Of a stretch of DNA of 64,000 nt, positions 41,415 through 50,322 are shown piece after piece. Within the stretch, counting starts at the first letter, position 1. Each line of letters starts with the position of its first letter. Source of the DNA: an uncultured Bacillota bacterium (GTDB lineage: Bacteria; Bacillota_I; Bacilli_A; RF39; UBA660); contig CAOJZV010000002.1 of NCBI GenBank assembly GCA_948466255.1, positions 2,874-66,873 of the forward strand. Direction: 5' to 3'. The translations under genes and the position numbers were made by a program. Under the pieces are notes generated by a model. It was not told the DNA's origin. It saw nothing but the letters and a program-made list of their open reading frames with translations, and did no database searches.

Positions 41415-41693
41415 AACCATAAAACCTCCAATCTAACTCATATGAATGATTAAAGGTAGACACCGATAGCGGTTACAAATGTTTCCAGGGAATTAATTTA
41501 AACTATCACACTATAATAGTCAAATGACAAATTTACCAAATTTGAGGCACTTTCCTATACAAAAATAAGAAATCTACCTTAGACAAAAATGACAAATTCG
41601 TAAACATAAACCTATCCAAAAAAGAAAGTTTGCATTTCACAAAAAATATGAATAATGCTAGTACACATTGAATATAAATTATTAGGTGATAAT

Positions 41694-42263
41694 ATGGCAA
41701 AAAAGACCAAAACAAAAGAAAAACCATCTCGTTTTTCTAGGTATTTAAGTAGGTTTTTAGTATTAGTAGTAATAACATTAGTAACACTCATTACATTAAA
41801 AAGTAATCCTGATTTAAGAAATAAAGTATATAAGACAGTATTCCAAAACAATATGAGTTTTGCCAAAATAAACGAAGTATATAAAAAATATTTTGGGTCA
41901 TCACTTCCACTTGCAGATAATGTAACCGCTGATACAGAGTTAGTGTCAGCTGAAAAATTAGAATATACAGATATCAGTAAATATAAAGAGGGGGCTAAAC
42001 TAACTGTAAAAGAAAATTATGTAGTTCCAGCCACGGATAGCGGTTTAATAATATTTGCTGGTAAAAAAGATGATTATGGAAATACAATAATAGTTCAAAG
42101 ACCAGACAACGTAGAAGTGTGGTACGCAGGTTTAAAAGAAACAAATGTAGATTTATACGATTACATTAAAAAAGGTGAAATAATAGGGGAAGTAAAAGAT
42201 AAGACACTATATATGGTCTTTACTAAAGAAGGTAAGGCGTTAGATTATCAAAAATATATTTAA
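41694..42263 (+). CDS. spoIVFA: SpoIVFA-like protein (TM anchor plus degenerate M23/LytM domain)
   Basis: Basic N-terminus, one TM helix and a C-terminal M23-like region (GLIIFAGKKDDYGNTIIVQ...GEIIG). It lies directly upstream of an M50 protease gene and rplU, as in B. subtilis. Confidence 0.65.
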   Translation: MAKKTKTKEKPSRFSRYLSRFLVLVVITLVTLITLKSNPDLRNKVYKTVFQNNMSFAKINEVYKKYFGSSLPLADNVTADTELVSAEKLEYTDISKYKEGAKLTVKENYVVPATDSGLIIFAGKKDDYGNTIIVQRPDNVEVWYAGLKETNVDLYDYIKKGEIIGEVKDKTLYMVFTKEGKALDYQKYI

Positions 42264-42300
42264 AATTCATTTATTTTATTATATAACAGCCTTTATATGC

Positions 42301-42984
42301 ATGATAACAGGTAATTTTAAAGGCTTTTTTTTATTCAGTATAATAATATTAGTTCATGAATTAGGCCACATTTTACCCGCTTTATATTATAAATGGAACA
42401 TAGAAAAAGTAGTCCTTTTACCTTTTGGCGCACTAACACTTTTCAAAGAAAAAATAAATAGGCCATTAAAAGAAGAATTTATTATATTAATTTCAGGCCC
42501 ATTAATCCAAATAATCTTTACATATATATTATTAAAAATAAATTATAACGAAGATATATTAAATTATAGTAAATTAATATTATTTTTTAATTTACTTCCA
42601 ATATATCCATTAGATGGCTCAAAACTACTAAATATTTTTTTAAATAAACTAACAAGCTTTAAAAAAAGCCATTTACTTACAATTTACATATCATTTTTAA
42701 CACTTTTATTTTTACTAATAAAAGTGAAAGTTAATTTAATTTTAATTTTAATTCTAATTTTTGTAATAATAAAAGTATTAGAAGAACTTAAAAACCACAA
42801 TAATCTTTTCAACAAATTTTTACTAGAAAGATATACCTACAATATAAATTTTAAAAAAAGAAAAAATATAACAAATATTAAACAAATGAAACGAGATTAC
42901 AAACATATAATTTATAATGAAGGCAAATACCAAACCGAAAAGGAAATATTAGGAAAAAGGTTTGACTTTAAAAAGAAAATATGA
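42301..42984 (+). CDS. spoIVFB: Site-2 (M50) intramembrane metalloprotease, SpoIVFB-like
   Basis: HELGH at residues 19-23 and NLLPIYPLDGSKLL (NxxPxxxLDG). Synteny with rplU-prp-rpmA. Confidence 0.8.
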   Translation: MITGNFKGFFLFSIIILVHELGHILPALYYKWNIEKVVLLPFGALTLFKEKINRPLKEEFIILISGPLIQIIFTYILLKINYNEDILNYSKLILFFNLLPIYPLDGSKLLNIFLNKLTSFKKSHLLTIYISFLTLLFLLIKVKVNLILILILIFVIIKVLEELKNHNNLFNKFLLERYTYNINFKKRKNITNIKQMKRDYKHIIYNEGKYQTEKEILGKRFDFKKKI

Positions 42985-43093
42985 TAAAATCATTAATTGT
43001 GTAGAGCCTCACTCTACAACCGCGCAGAAAAGGTTATAAAACGTTAGGTTACCTTAATGGCGAGTCTTAGATTCTTAAAAGGAGGTTAGAAAT
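42962..43093 (+). promoter_or_regulatory. rplU promoter (TTGACT-17 nt-TGaTAAAAT) plus a structured leader, possibly an L21-leader-type autoregulatory RNA
   Basis: -35 at 42962-42967 and -10 at 42985-42990. Hairpin TGTAGAG-CCTCA-CTCTACA at about 43000-43019. Firmicute rplU operons commonly carry an L21 leader; this was not verified against a model. Confidence 0.4.
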
Positions 43094-43393
43094 ATGAAAG
43101 CAGTTATCGAAACTGGAGGAAAACAATATTATGTTGCAGAAGGTACTGAACTTTACATTGAAAAATTAGAAGCTAATGCTGGCGACAAAATCACTTTTGA
43201 TAAAGTTTTAATGGTAGATGGTCAAAGTGGTACTCCATATGTAAAAGGAGCTAAAGTAGAAGCTAAAGTTATCAAAAATGGTAAAGCTAAAAAAATTACT
43301 ATCTTCAAATTTAAAGCAAAGAAAAAATATCGTCGTACTCAAGGACATCGTCAACCATATACTAAGGTTGAAATCACAAAGATTACAAAATAA
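43094..43393 (+). CDS. rplU: 50S ribosomal protein L21
   Basis: [12 protein letters not shown]...[11 protein letters not shown]. Confidence 0.96.
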   Translation: MKAVIETGGKQYYVAEGTELYIEKLEANAGDKITFDKVLMVDGQSGTPYVKGAKVEAKVIKNGKAKKITIFKFKAKKKYRRTQGHRQPYTKVEITKITK

Positions 43394-43692
43394 TGATTAA
43401 AGTAAATATTAAAAATAATCATATTGAAATAAAAGGGCACGCAATGTACGATGATATGGGTAAAGATATCGTTTGTGCCGCAGTTAGTACGATAGTAATT
43501 ACAACAATAAATGCTATTATTAGATTTGATAAAGAAGCCATTAAATATGAAGAAAAAGATGGCCATATTAGTATCGATGTATTAAAAGATACTAACATTA
43601 CTAACACACTTATTTTGAATATGATAGAATTATTAAAAGAATTAGAAAAACAGTATAAAAAAAATATCAAAATAAATGAGGAGGTGCTATAA
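43393..43692 (+). CDS. prp: Ribosomal-processing cysteine protease Prp
   Basis: 99 aa, lying between rplU and rpmA, with GHA...DIVCAAVS motifs. Confidence 0.88.
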   Translation: MIKVNIKNNHIEIKGHAMYDDMGKDIVCAAVSTIVITTINAIIRFDKEAIKYEEKDGHISIDVLKDTNITNTLILNMIELLKELEKQYKKNIKINEEVL

Positions 43693-43985
43693 TGCCAATG
43701 TTAAAGTTAAATATCCAATTATTCGCCCATAAAAAAGGACAAGGTTCAACTAAAAACGGTCGTGATTCTGAATCAAAAAGATTAGGTGCTAAAGCAGCTG
43801 ATGGACAATTTGTAACAGGTGGATCAATTATTTACCGTCAAAGAGGAACTAGAATTTATCCAGGGAACAATGTTGGAATCGGAAAAGATGATACAATTTT
43901 CGCAAAAATAGATGGTATTGTTAAATTTGAACGTGTAGGAAGAGATAAAAAACAAGCTAGTGTTTATCCAAGAGAAGAAATGTAA
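43692..43985 (+). CDS. rpmA: 50S ribosomal protein L27 with a cleavable N-terminal extension
   Basis: [11 protein letters not shown]|[15 protein letters not shown]. This is the Firmicute-type propeptide removed by Prp. Confidence 0.96.
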   Translation: MPMLKLNIQLFAHKKGQGSTKNGRDSESKRLGAKAADGQFVTGGSIIYRQRGTRIYPGNNVGIGKDDTIFAKIDGIVKFERVGRDKKQASVYPREEM

Positions 43986-44017
43986 GTTTCTTCTTTTTTA
44001 TTGCAAAATAAAAGATC

Positions 44018-44305
44018 CTATTTAGGATCAAATGTATTTCCAATTTTTAAATCATTAAAATAATCAGCAGGAAATTCATAAGTATAATAAACATTCTTTT
44101 TTGGTAAAATAATTCTATTAGGTTTTAAATTATAATAAATACCAATTATTTTATTATCTTTATCAGTTAAAACAACATCAATATTCTCAAACATAAAAAA
44201 CGTATGAATTCCATTACACCTTAATTTAACCCCATAATCAAAATTCTTTTGAAACATAAGGCCTTTAAACTTATCAAAACGTTTATTATAAGTTTTAATC
44301 TCCAT
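44018..44305 (-). CDS. DUF192 domain protein
   Basis: The pattern KGLMF...GIHTFFM..IDVV..DKDNKI is typical of DUF192/COG1430. Confidence 0.65.
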   Translation of the reverse strand: MEIKTYNKRFDKFKGLMFQKNFDYGVKLRCNGIHTFFMFENIDVVLTDKDNKIIGIYYNLKPNRIILPKKNVYYTYEFPADYFNDLKIGNTFDPK

Positions 44306-44443
44306 ATAATCACCAATCTAACCATTTCCATTATAACACAACCATAAAAACATTTTTCACCAAAATGTTACTAACATCTTGATTTTTATTAAAAAAATCC
44401 TTATAATGAACATAGAGTAGATGTATGTCATAGGAGTGATATA

Positions 44444-44638
44444 ATGAAAAGACTAAATAATAGGGGACAAGCATTAGTAGAATATCTATTAATTATAGCT
44501 GTAGTAAGCGTCATTGTTGTAAGTATTGTTAAATTATTAGGTGGATATTTACAAGATTCCATGACAAAATCATCATGTAAATTAATCGATAAAGAATATG
44601 TTGAAGGAGCTAAACCCGGTCAAGGGTCTTGTCAGTAG
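44444..44638 (+). CDS. Flp/Fap family (type IVb, Tad-type) prepilin-like protein
   Basis: 64 aa. NNRG|QALVEYLLIIAVVSVIVVSIV fits the Flp motif G-X4-EY within a hydrophobic stretch. Confidence 0.65.
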   Translation: MKRLNNRGQALVEYLLIIAVVSVIVVSIVKLLGGYLQDSMTKSSCKLIDKEYVEGAKPGQGSCQ

Positions 44639-44677
44639 AAGATAGAATATATCTTCTTTTTAAATAAGGAGGAACAT

Positions 44678-45064
44678 ATGACATTATTAAAAAGAAATTA
44701 CTGGTGGTTCTGGTTATTATTAAATATATTAACAGGATCTATTTCAAATTTATTTTTAGGAAAATTATTAAACGTATATGAAAAAGGTGCTTGGTATACA
44801 AAGTGGTATTACTGGGTTTTAGGAATTTTCTTTGGTTTTTTACCAGCTTTAATAATGTTACTGATTTTGATAATCGAAGTAACTATAAAAATATGTGTTA
44901 AATTAGAAGTTCCAGGTAGTGATTTATATGCACTTCCATACCCTTGGATAATTTGTATTATTATTCCAATAGTAGGATGGGCCCTATTTGTTATCCTACT
45001 TGTTTACACTAATTTATGGTATGCTGTAAAGCTATTTCAAGGAAAAGGAGAAAAATATATATAA
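44678..45064 (+). CDS. Hypothetical integral membrane protein (128 aa, Trp/Tyr-rich)
   Basis: ORF with RBS AAGGAGGA and 3-4 TM helices. Confidence 0.6.
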   Translation: MTLLKRNYWWFWLLLNILTGSISNLFLGKLLNVYEKGAWYTKWYYWVLGIFFGFLPALIMLLILIIEVTIKICVKLEVPGSDLYALPYPWIICIIIPIVGWALFVILLVYTNLWYAVKLFQGKGEKYI

Positions 45065-45101
45065 TTTTCTTCTTTTTTGATATAATTATTATGGTGATTA
45101 T

Positions 45102-46307
45102 ATGAGAATTTTATTAATGAACCACTTTCCATTAACAGGCTCAGGAAGTGGAGTATATACAAAAAATATAGCAGATAGTTTAATAAAAAAAGGACATGAA
45201 GTATGTATAATTTTTCCAGAAAATACTGAAGTTCCATTAATACAAGATAAAATAAAAATGCATCCAGTTTATTTTAAAGGCGGAAACAACATTAAAGGAG
45301 AAATACCATTTAATTTTCCTTGTTTTACTACGCATCCAAGAAGTACTCAAACATATTATGATTTAACAGAAGAAGAACTTAAAACATATATAAATGCCTT
45401 TAAAGATGCACTTGAAGAAGAAATAGAAACATTTAATCCAGATGTTATTCACGCAGGTCATATTTGGATTTTGCCTAGTATAGCTGCAAACTATAATATT
45501 CCACTTATTATAACCGCACATGGAACAGACTTAATAGGATATGAGGAATCAAAAAAATTTAGACCATATGCCGAAAACGCTGCAAAACATGCTGAAAGCA
45601 TTATAACAATATCAGAAGAAAATTCTGAATTAGTAAAAAAATATTTTCCTTTCGCCAAAGAAAAAACAAAATTAATCCCTAACGGATATAATTCAGATGT
45701 TTTTTATCCAGAGACTATAAATAAAGAACAATTTTTAAACCAATTTGGAATAACTAAAAATTACAAAAATATAGTTTCATTTGCTGGGAAATTCACTTAT
45801 TTTAAAGGAATAGACATATTATTAAAAGCTGCAAAAACATATGAAGACGAAGATACATTAACTCTCTTAGCTGGTGACGGTGAATTATTTGATGAAATGA
45901 ACAAACTAGCTAAAGAATTAAATTTAAAAAATGTAGTTTTTCTAAAAAATCAGCCCCATGATATTCTTAGAAAATTATATAGTATAGCAAACGTTTCACT
46001 AATCCCATCTAGAAATGAAGCATTTGGTTTAGTTGTAATAGAAGCTTTAGCTTGCGGTGCTCCAGTAATAGGAACAAATAGCGGAGGTATTCCAGATATA
46101 ATAACCAAAGAAGTTGGGATGCTAATCGAAGAAGAAAATTACGAAGAACTTGCTAGTAAAATAAAAGATATTTTAAATCAAAAAGTAAAATTCGATAGAA
46201 ATACATGCGCAAATTACGCAAAAGAAAAATATTCCCAAGATAACTTTACAAGTATATTAGTAGATATCTATGAAAACGGAATAAAAAATAACAAAATAAA
46301 AGAGTAA
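45102..46307 (+). CDS. Glycosyltransferase family 4 protein
   Basis: GT-B fold pattern, GSGSGVY at the N-terminus and the EX7E region PSRNEAFGLVVIEALACG. Confidence 0.85.
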   Translation: MRILLMNHFPLTGSGSGVYTKNIADSLIKKGHEVCIIFPENTEVPLIQDKIKMHPVYFKGGNNIKGEIPFNFPCFTTHPRSTQTYYDLTEEELKTYINAFKDALEEEIETFNPDVIHAGHIWILPSIAANYNIPLIITAHGTDLIGYEESKKFRPYAENAAKHAESIITISEENSELVKKYFPFAKEKTKLIPNGYNSDVFYPETINKEQFLNQFGITKNYKNIVSFAGKFTYFKGIDILLKAAKTYEDEDTLTLLAGDGELFDEMNKLAKELNLKNVVFLKNQPHDILRKLYSIANVSLIPSRNEAFGLVVIEALACGAPVIGTNSGGIPDIITKEVGMLIEEENYEELASKIKDILNQKVKFDRNTCANYAKEKYSQDNFTSILVDIYENGIKNNKIKE

Positions 46308-46358
46308 TACTCTTTTTTTGTTTCAAGTAATTTGATATAATAATAAAAGGTGATGACA

Positions 46359-46757
46359 ATGCAAAAAAACAGAAGTGAGCTTAGAAAATTATGTATGACA
46401 ATACTTTATCAAATAGATGTTTATAACAAAAACAATATTGAATATAACACAGATGAAGTAATTGGTGAAGTTTCAGAGGTTGATAACGAATTTATAAAAG
46501 AAATAGTTTATGGTGTAATCACATATAAAAAAGAACTAGATGAACTTGCAAACAAGTACCTAGATGGGTGGACTATCGATAGATTAGGCAACACAGATGC
46601 TGCAATATTAAGAATTGGAATTTTTGAACTATTATATACAGATACCCCAGAAATAGTTGCCATCAACGAAGCGGTTGAACTAGCCAAAGACTATAGTGAT
46701 GATAATGTTAGAAAAATGATAAATGCATGCTTAGATAAAGTTTACCATAATAAGTAG
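46359..46757 (+). CDS. nusB: Transcription antitermination factor NusB
   Basis: RSELRKLCMTILYQ... and RLGNTDAAILRIGIFELLY... motifs, upstream of xseA as in Bacillus. Confidence 0.9.
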   Translation: MQKNRSELRKLCMTILYQIDVYNKNNIEYNTDEVIGEVSEVDNEFIKEIVYGVITYKKELDELANKYLDGWTIDRLGNTDAAILRIGIFELLYTDTPEIVAINEAVELAKDYSDDNVRKMINACLDKVYHNK

Positions 46758-46764
46758 GTGTAAC

Positions 46765-48030
46765 ATGGATAATAAATATTTAACAGTAAGTGCTATAACA
46801 AGATATTTAAAAGCAAAATTTGACCTGGATGAAAACTTAAAAAACGTTTTTATAAAAGGTGAAATATCAAACTTTAAAGCACATACATCTGGACATTTAT
46901 ATTTTTCGTTAAAAGACGAAGGTAGTAAAATAAATGCCATTATGTTTAAAACAAACGCATCTAAATTAAATTTTACTCCTGCTGATGGAACAAAAGTATT
47001 AATAACTGGAAGAATAAGTGTATATGAAGGGGCAGGAAATTATCAAATTTATGTTGATGATATGATAGAAGATGGTGTTGGAAATTTATATATTGCATTT
47101 GAAAAACTAAAAAAAGAATTAGAAAAAGAAGGATTATTTAACAAAGAACACAAACTTCCAATACCAAAGTTCCCAAAAAGAATTGGTGTTATAACCGCAA
47201 GTACAGGTGCTGCTGTACGTGATATTATAACAACAATAAAAAGAAGATTTCCCATTTGTGAGATTATACTTTTCCCAACTCTAGTACAAGGAGAAAATGC
47301 TAAAGAAGACATCGTAAAAAACATAAAAAGAGCCGAAGATTATGACCTAGATGTTTTAATAATTGGAAGAGGAGGAGGATCTATTGAAGATCTTTGGGCC
47401 TTTAACGAAGAAATAGTCGCAAGAGCAATCTACAATTCAAAAATTCCAACAATAAGTGCTGTCGGACACGAAGTAGATTTTACTATAAGTGATTTCGTAT
47501 CAGATTTAAGAGCTCCAACTCCAACGGCAGCTGCCGAACTAGCTGTTCCAAATCTTATAGATCTGCAAAATTATATAAATCAATTAAATATTAGATTAAG
47601 TGAATCTATAAATAAAAAAATAAATTATCAAAAACTATATTTAGACTCAATCAAAAACTCATTCGTTATTAAAAATCCTATGATAATGTATGAAAACAAA
47701 AAACAGAGGGTAGATTTAATTGGAACCCGAATAAAAGAACTAGTACTAAGAAAATACGAAACAAATAAAGATAAATTAAATAATTTAAAAACAAATTATA
47801 TCTTTACAAAACCAGAAATACTATATCAAACTGATAAACAAAATTTAAAAAACATTATTGAAAAATTAGAACTATTAAATCCTTTAAACACATTACATAG
47901 GGGTTATAGTATTACATATAGTAATGGTAAAGTAGCAAAAGATATAAAAGACATAAAAGACGAAGTACATATAAAACTACACAATGGTTCATTTAAAGCC
48001 AAAGTAATAGAAAAAGAAGGTGAAAAATAA
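46765..48030 (+). CDS. xseA: Exodeoxyribonuclease VII large subunit
   Basis: OB-fold N-terminus (LTVSAITRYLK...GEISNFK..SGHLYFSLKD) and GRGGGSIEDLWAFNEE. Confidence 0.94.
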   Translation: MDNKYLTVSAITRYLKAKFDLDENLKNVFIKGEISNFKAHTSGHLYFSLKDEGSKINAIMFKTNASKLNFTPADGTKVLITGRISVYEGAGNYQIYVDDMIEDGVGNLYIAFEKLKKELEKEGLFNKEHKLPIPKFPKRIGVITASTGAAVRDIITTIKRRFPICEIILFPTLVQGENAKEDIVKNIKRAEDYDLDVLIIGRGGGSIEDLWAFNEEIVARAIYNSKIPTISAVGHEVDFTISDFVSDLRAPTPTAAAELAVPNLIDLQNYINQLNIRLSESINKKINYQKLYLDSIKNSFVIKNPMIMYENKKQRVDLIGTRIKELVLRKYETNKDKLNNLKTNYIFTKPEILYQTDKQNLKNIIEKLELLNPLNTLHRGYSITYSNGKVAKDIKDIKDEVHIKLHNGSFKAKVIEKEGEK

Positions 48031-48251
48031 TGGCAAAAAAATTTGAAGAAAAAGTAAAAGAACTAGAAGAAATAATAAATACATTAGAATCAGGAGAAAT
48101 CGATTTAGATGATTCAATAAACAAATATACTGAAGCTATGAAATTAGTAAAAGAATGTGATGAAGAGTTAAAAACAATAGAAGAAAAAATTAGTAAAATA
48201 GCTTTAGAAGACGGAAGTTTAGAAGACTTCGAGGTTGACACTACTAAGTAG
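48030..48251 (+). CDS. xseB: Exodeoxyribonuclease VII small subunit
   Basis: 73 aa. FEEKVKELEEII..LESGEIDLDDSI..Y. Confidence 0.9.
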   Translation: MAKKFEEKVKELEEIINTLESGEIDLDDSINKYTEAMKLVKECDEELKTIEEKISKIALEDGSLEDFEVDTTK

Positions 48252-48313
48252 TGTTTTTTCTTGATAAAACAAAACAAATGGTGTAAAATAAATATATAAT
48301 AGAGGTGAGATAA

Positions 48314-48685
48314 ATGAAAAAAGGATTTACTTTAATAGAATTACTAGGAGTTATAGTTATATTAGGAATTTTAGCCGTAATCGCAATCCCTGTTGTCGAT
48401 AATTCAATAAATAAAAACAAAGATGAATTATATAAAACGCAAATTAAACAAATTATCAAAGGTGCTGAAGATTATTATGCAACCCATCTTTCAGAATTAC
48501 CCAAAAACGATGGCGAAATTAAAAAAATAACTATTAAAGATCTCCAAGATGAAGGATATTTAGAGTTAAACATTAAAAACCCTAAAACAAATGATATTTT
48601 CCCACCAAACACAACCGTAACAATTACTAAAATAAACAAAAATTATAAATATGAAGTAAAAGAGGCGATAGAAGATGAAAAATAA
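48314..48685 (+). CDS. Prepilin-type N-terminal cleavage/methylation domain protein
   Basis: MKKG|[20 protein letters not shown]. Confidence 0.85.
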   Translation: MKKGFTLIELLGVIVILGILAVIAIPVVDNSINKNKDELYKTQIKQIIKGAEDYYATHLSELPKNDGEIKKITIKDLQDEGYLELNIKNPKTNDIFPPNTTVTITKINKNYKYEVKEAIEDEK

Positions 48686-49109
48686 AGGATTTACCCTAAT
48701 GGAATTACTAGGTGTAATTGTAATTTTAGCTATAATCGCCTTAATAACCATACCAGTAACATACAACATCATAAAAACATCAAGAGAAAAAGCATTTGTC
48801 GATACAGGTTATAGTATAATTAACGCTGCCAAACAAACTCAAACTAAAAACGCTGGCAAAAATATTACCTTAGATTTATTTATCAACTACACAACAAAAG
48901 AAAATATAGATAAAATAGAACTAAAAGGAACTTTACCTGATTCTGGCTCATTTCATATTGACGAAAACGGAAAAACCGAATTAAAACTATGGAGTAAAAA
49001 AACCAATATTTGTATAACCAAATCATTAGAAGACAAAAAAATTATCATAAATAAAGAACTTAAACAAGAAAACTGTATCTTAATTTCTAACGGAGAAAAC
49101 AATGAGTAG
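48675..49109 (+). CDS. Prepilin-type N-terminal cleavage/methylation domain protein
   Basis: MKNKG|FTLMELLGVIVILAIIALI. It overlaps the upstream pilin gene by 11 nt. Confidence 0.85.
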   Translation: MKNKGFTLMELLGVIVILAIIALITIPVTYNIIKTSREKAFVDTGYSIINAAKQTQTKNAGKNITLDLFINYTTKENIDKIELKGTLPDSGSFHIDENGKTELKLWSKKTNICITKSLEDKKIIINKELKQENCILISNGENNE

Positions 49110-49689
49110 ACTCAGTAGAGGGCAAATAGTCGCATTGGTTACTATTGCGCTAATATTTGCTATAGCTGCATTAATATTTGATAAAATAACAACCTATAAA
49201 GAAGAGGAAACAAAATATTTAATTTATGATAAACAAAAACAAGATATATTATTAAACGGAAGCTATTTAGAATATGTAAATTTAGATGAAGAATATATCG
49301 AAAAAGGGCTCAACACAAAAAAAGAATATATCACTACATATTTTCTAAACGGTAATGAAGTAGCCCAAATAGATACTTCTAATTTAGATACATATCAAGT
49401 AAGATACTATCTATCCAATAACGAAATAATAACTAGAGTAGTAATAATTGTAGATACAAAATCCCCATCAATAAGCGTCCCTGATAAACAAACAATTACA
49501 AGTGCTGAAGTAGAAAATTTTGATTTGGAAAAAGATGTCATTGCAACCGATAATTCAGGTGAAGTAAAATTAAAAATTAATAATACGCTTTCTAAAACTC
49601 CAGGTAGTTATATTATAACCTATGAAGCAATAGATAATTCAAATAATAAAACAATAAAGAAAAGATTAATAAAAGTAGTATCAGAATAA
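49102..49689 (+). CDS. Membrane-anchored protein with an Ig-like (DUF5011-like) domain
   Basis: N-terminal TM helix. The segment DTKSPSISVP...ATDNSGEVKLKIN...PGSYIITYEAIDNSNN is typical of DUF5011. It overlaps the upstream pilin gene by 8 nt. Confidence 0.65.
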   Translation: MSRLSRGQIVALVTIALIFAIAALIFDKITTYKEEETKYLIYDKQKQDILLNGSYLEYVNLDEEYIEKGLNTKKEYITTYFLNGNEVAQIDTSNLDTYQVRYYLSNNEIITRVVIIVDTKSPSISVPDKQTITSAEVENFDLEKDVIATDNSGEVKLKINNTLSKTPGSYIITYEAIDNSNNKTIKKRLIKVVSE

Positions 49690-49798
49690 CGCTAATATAA
49701 ACACTAACGTTTATAAAGAAGAACAATTCTTCTTTTTATTTCGTATTGACTAAACAAAAAAATAATGCTATTATAAAAAACAATTCAAGGAGGTATAT

Positions 49799-50260
49799 AT
49801 GAAAACACCAGAAGAATTTATAAAACAAGTTAATCAAACGCAGGCAAAATTACAAAATACATGCGCAATATTACTAATTTCAATTATACCTTTTATGGTT
49901 TTAGAAATATTAACCCATAAAGTAATATTTATTGAGTTTAGTTTAATTTTATTTTTATATACACTTTATAATATAAAACAAATATTAAATTTAGACAAAA
50001 CAAAAGAGTTAATAAAAGAAACAAAAGAAAAATTACAAAAAACAAGCATAAAAAAAGTATATCCAAAAGGTCATCATATAATATCAAATCCAAATCATAC
50101 TATTTTAGATTTAGGTGGATATACCTATATAGGCACAGATAACGGGGTAAAAATTTATCAAAACACAACAGAAATAGTTGTTTGTGGAACAATAAACCCA
50201 AATAGCGGCGAAATAATTTACGATAATTATGGAATACCTACATATCTTATAAATAATTAA
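49799..50260 (+). CDS. Hypothetical membrane protein (153 aa)
   Basis: ORF with RBS AAGGAGG and two TM helices. I recognise no motif. Confidence 0.55.
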   Translation: MKTPEEFIKQVNQTQAKLQNTCAILLISIIPFMVLEILTHKVIFIEFSLILFLYTLYNIKQILNLDKTKELIKETKEKLQKTSIKKVYPKGHHIISNPNHTILDLGGYTYIGTDNGVKIYQNTTEIVVCGTINPNSGEIIYDNYGIPTYLINN

Positions 50261-50322
50261 AAGGAGTTTTAATGCTTCTTTTTTTATTCAATTTATTGTA
50301 TAATAAATTTAGGTGAAAAAAG

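Noticed and set aside
41522-41598. Direct repeat AATGACAAATT (two copies, 65 bp apart) upstream of spoIVFA, considered as a regulator (SpoIIID-like) binding site.
   Set aside because: An 11-mer repeated once in AT-rich DNA is weak evidence, and the match to the SpoIIID consensus I remember is poor. It may instead belong to the promoter of the putative toxin mRNA.
42301-42984. SpoIVFB-like protease possibly truncated (227 aa versus 288 aa in B. subtilis; HELGH already at residue 19; no obvious CBS domain).
   Set aside because: I cannot judge CBS presence in the Lys-rich C-terminal tail of about 65 aa without a profile search. Short M50 proteases are common, so this is noted but not claimed.
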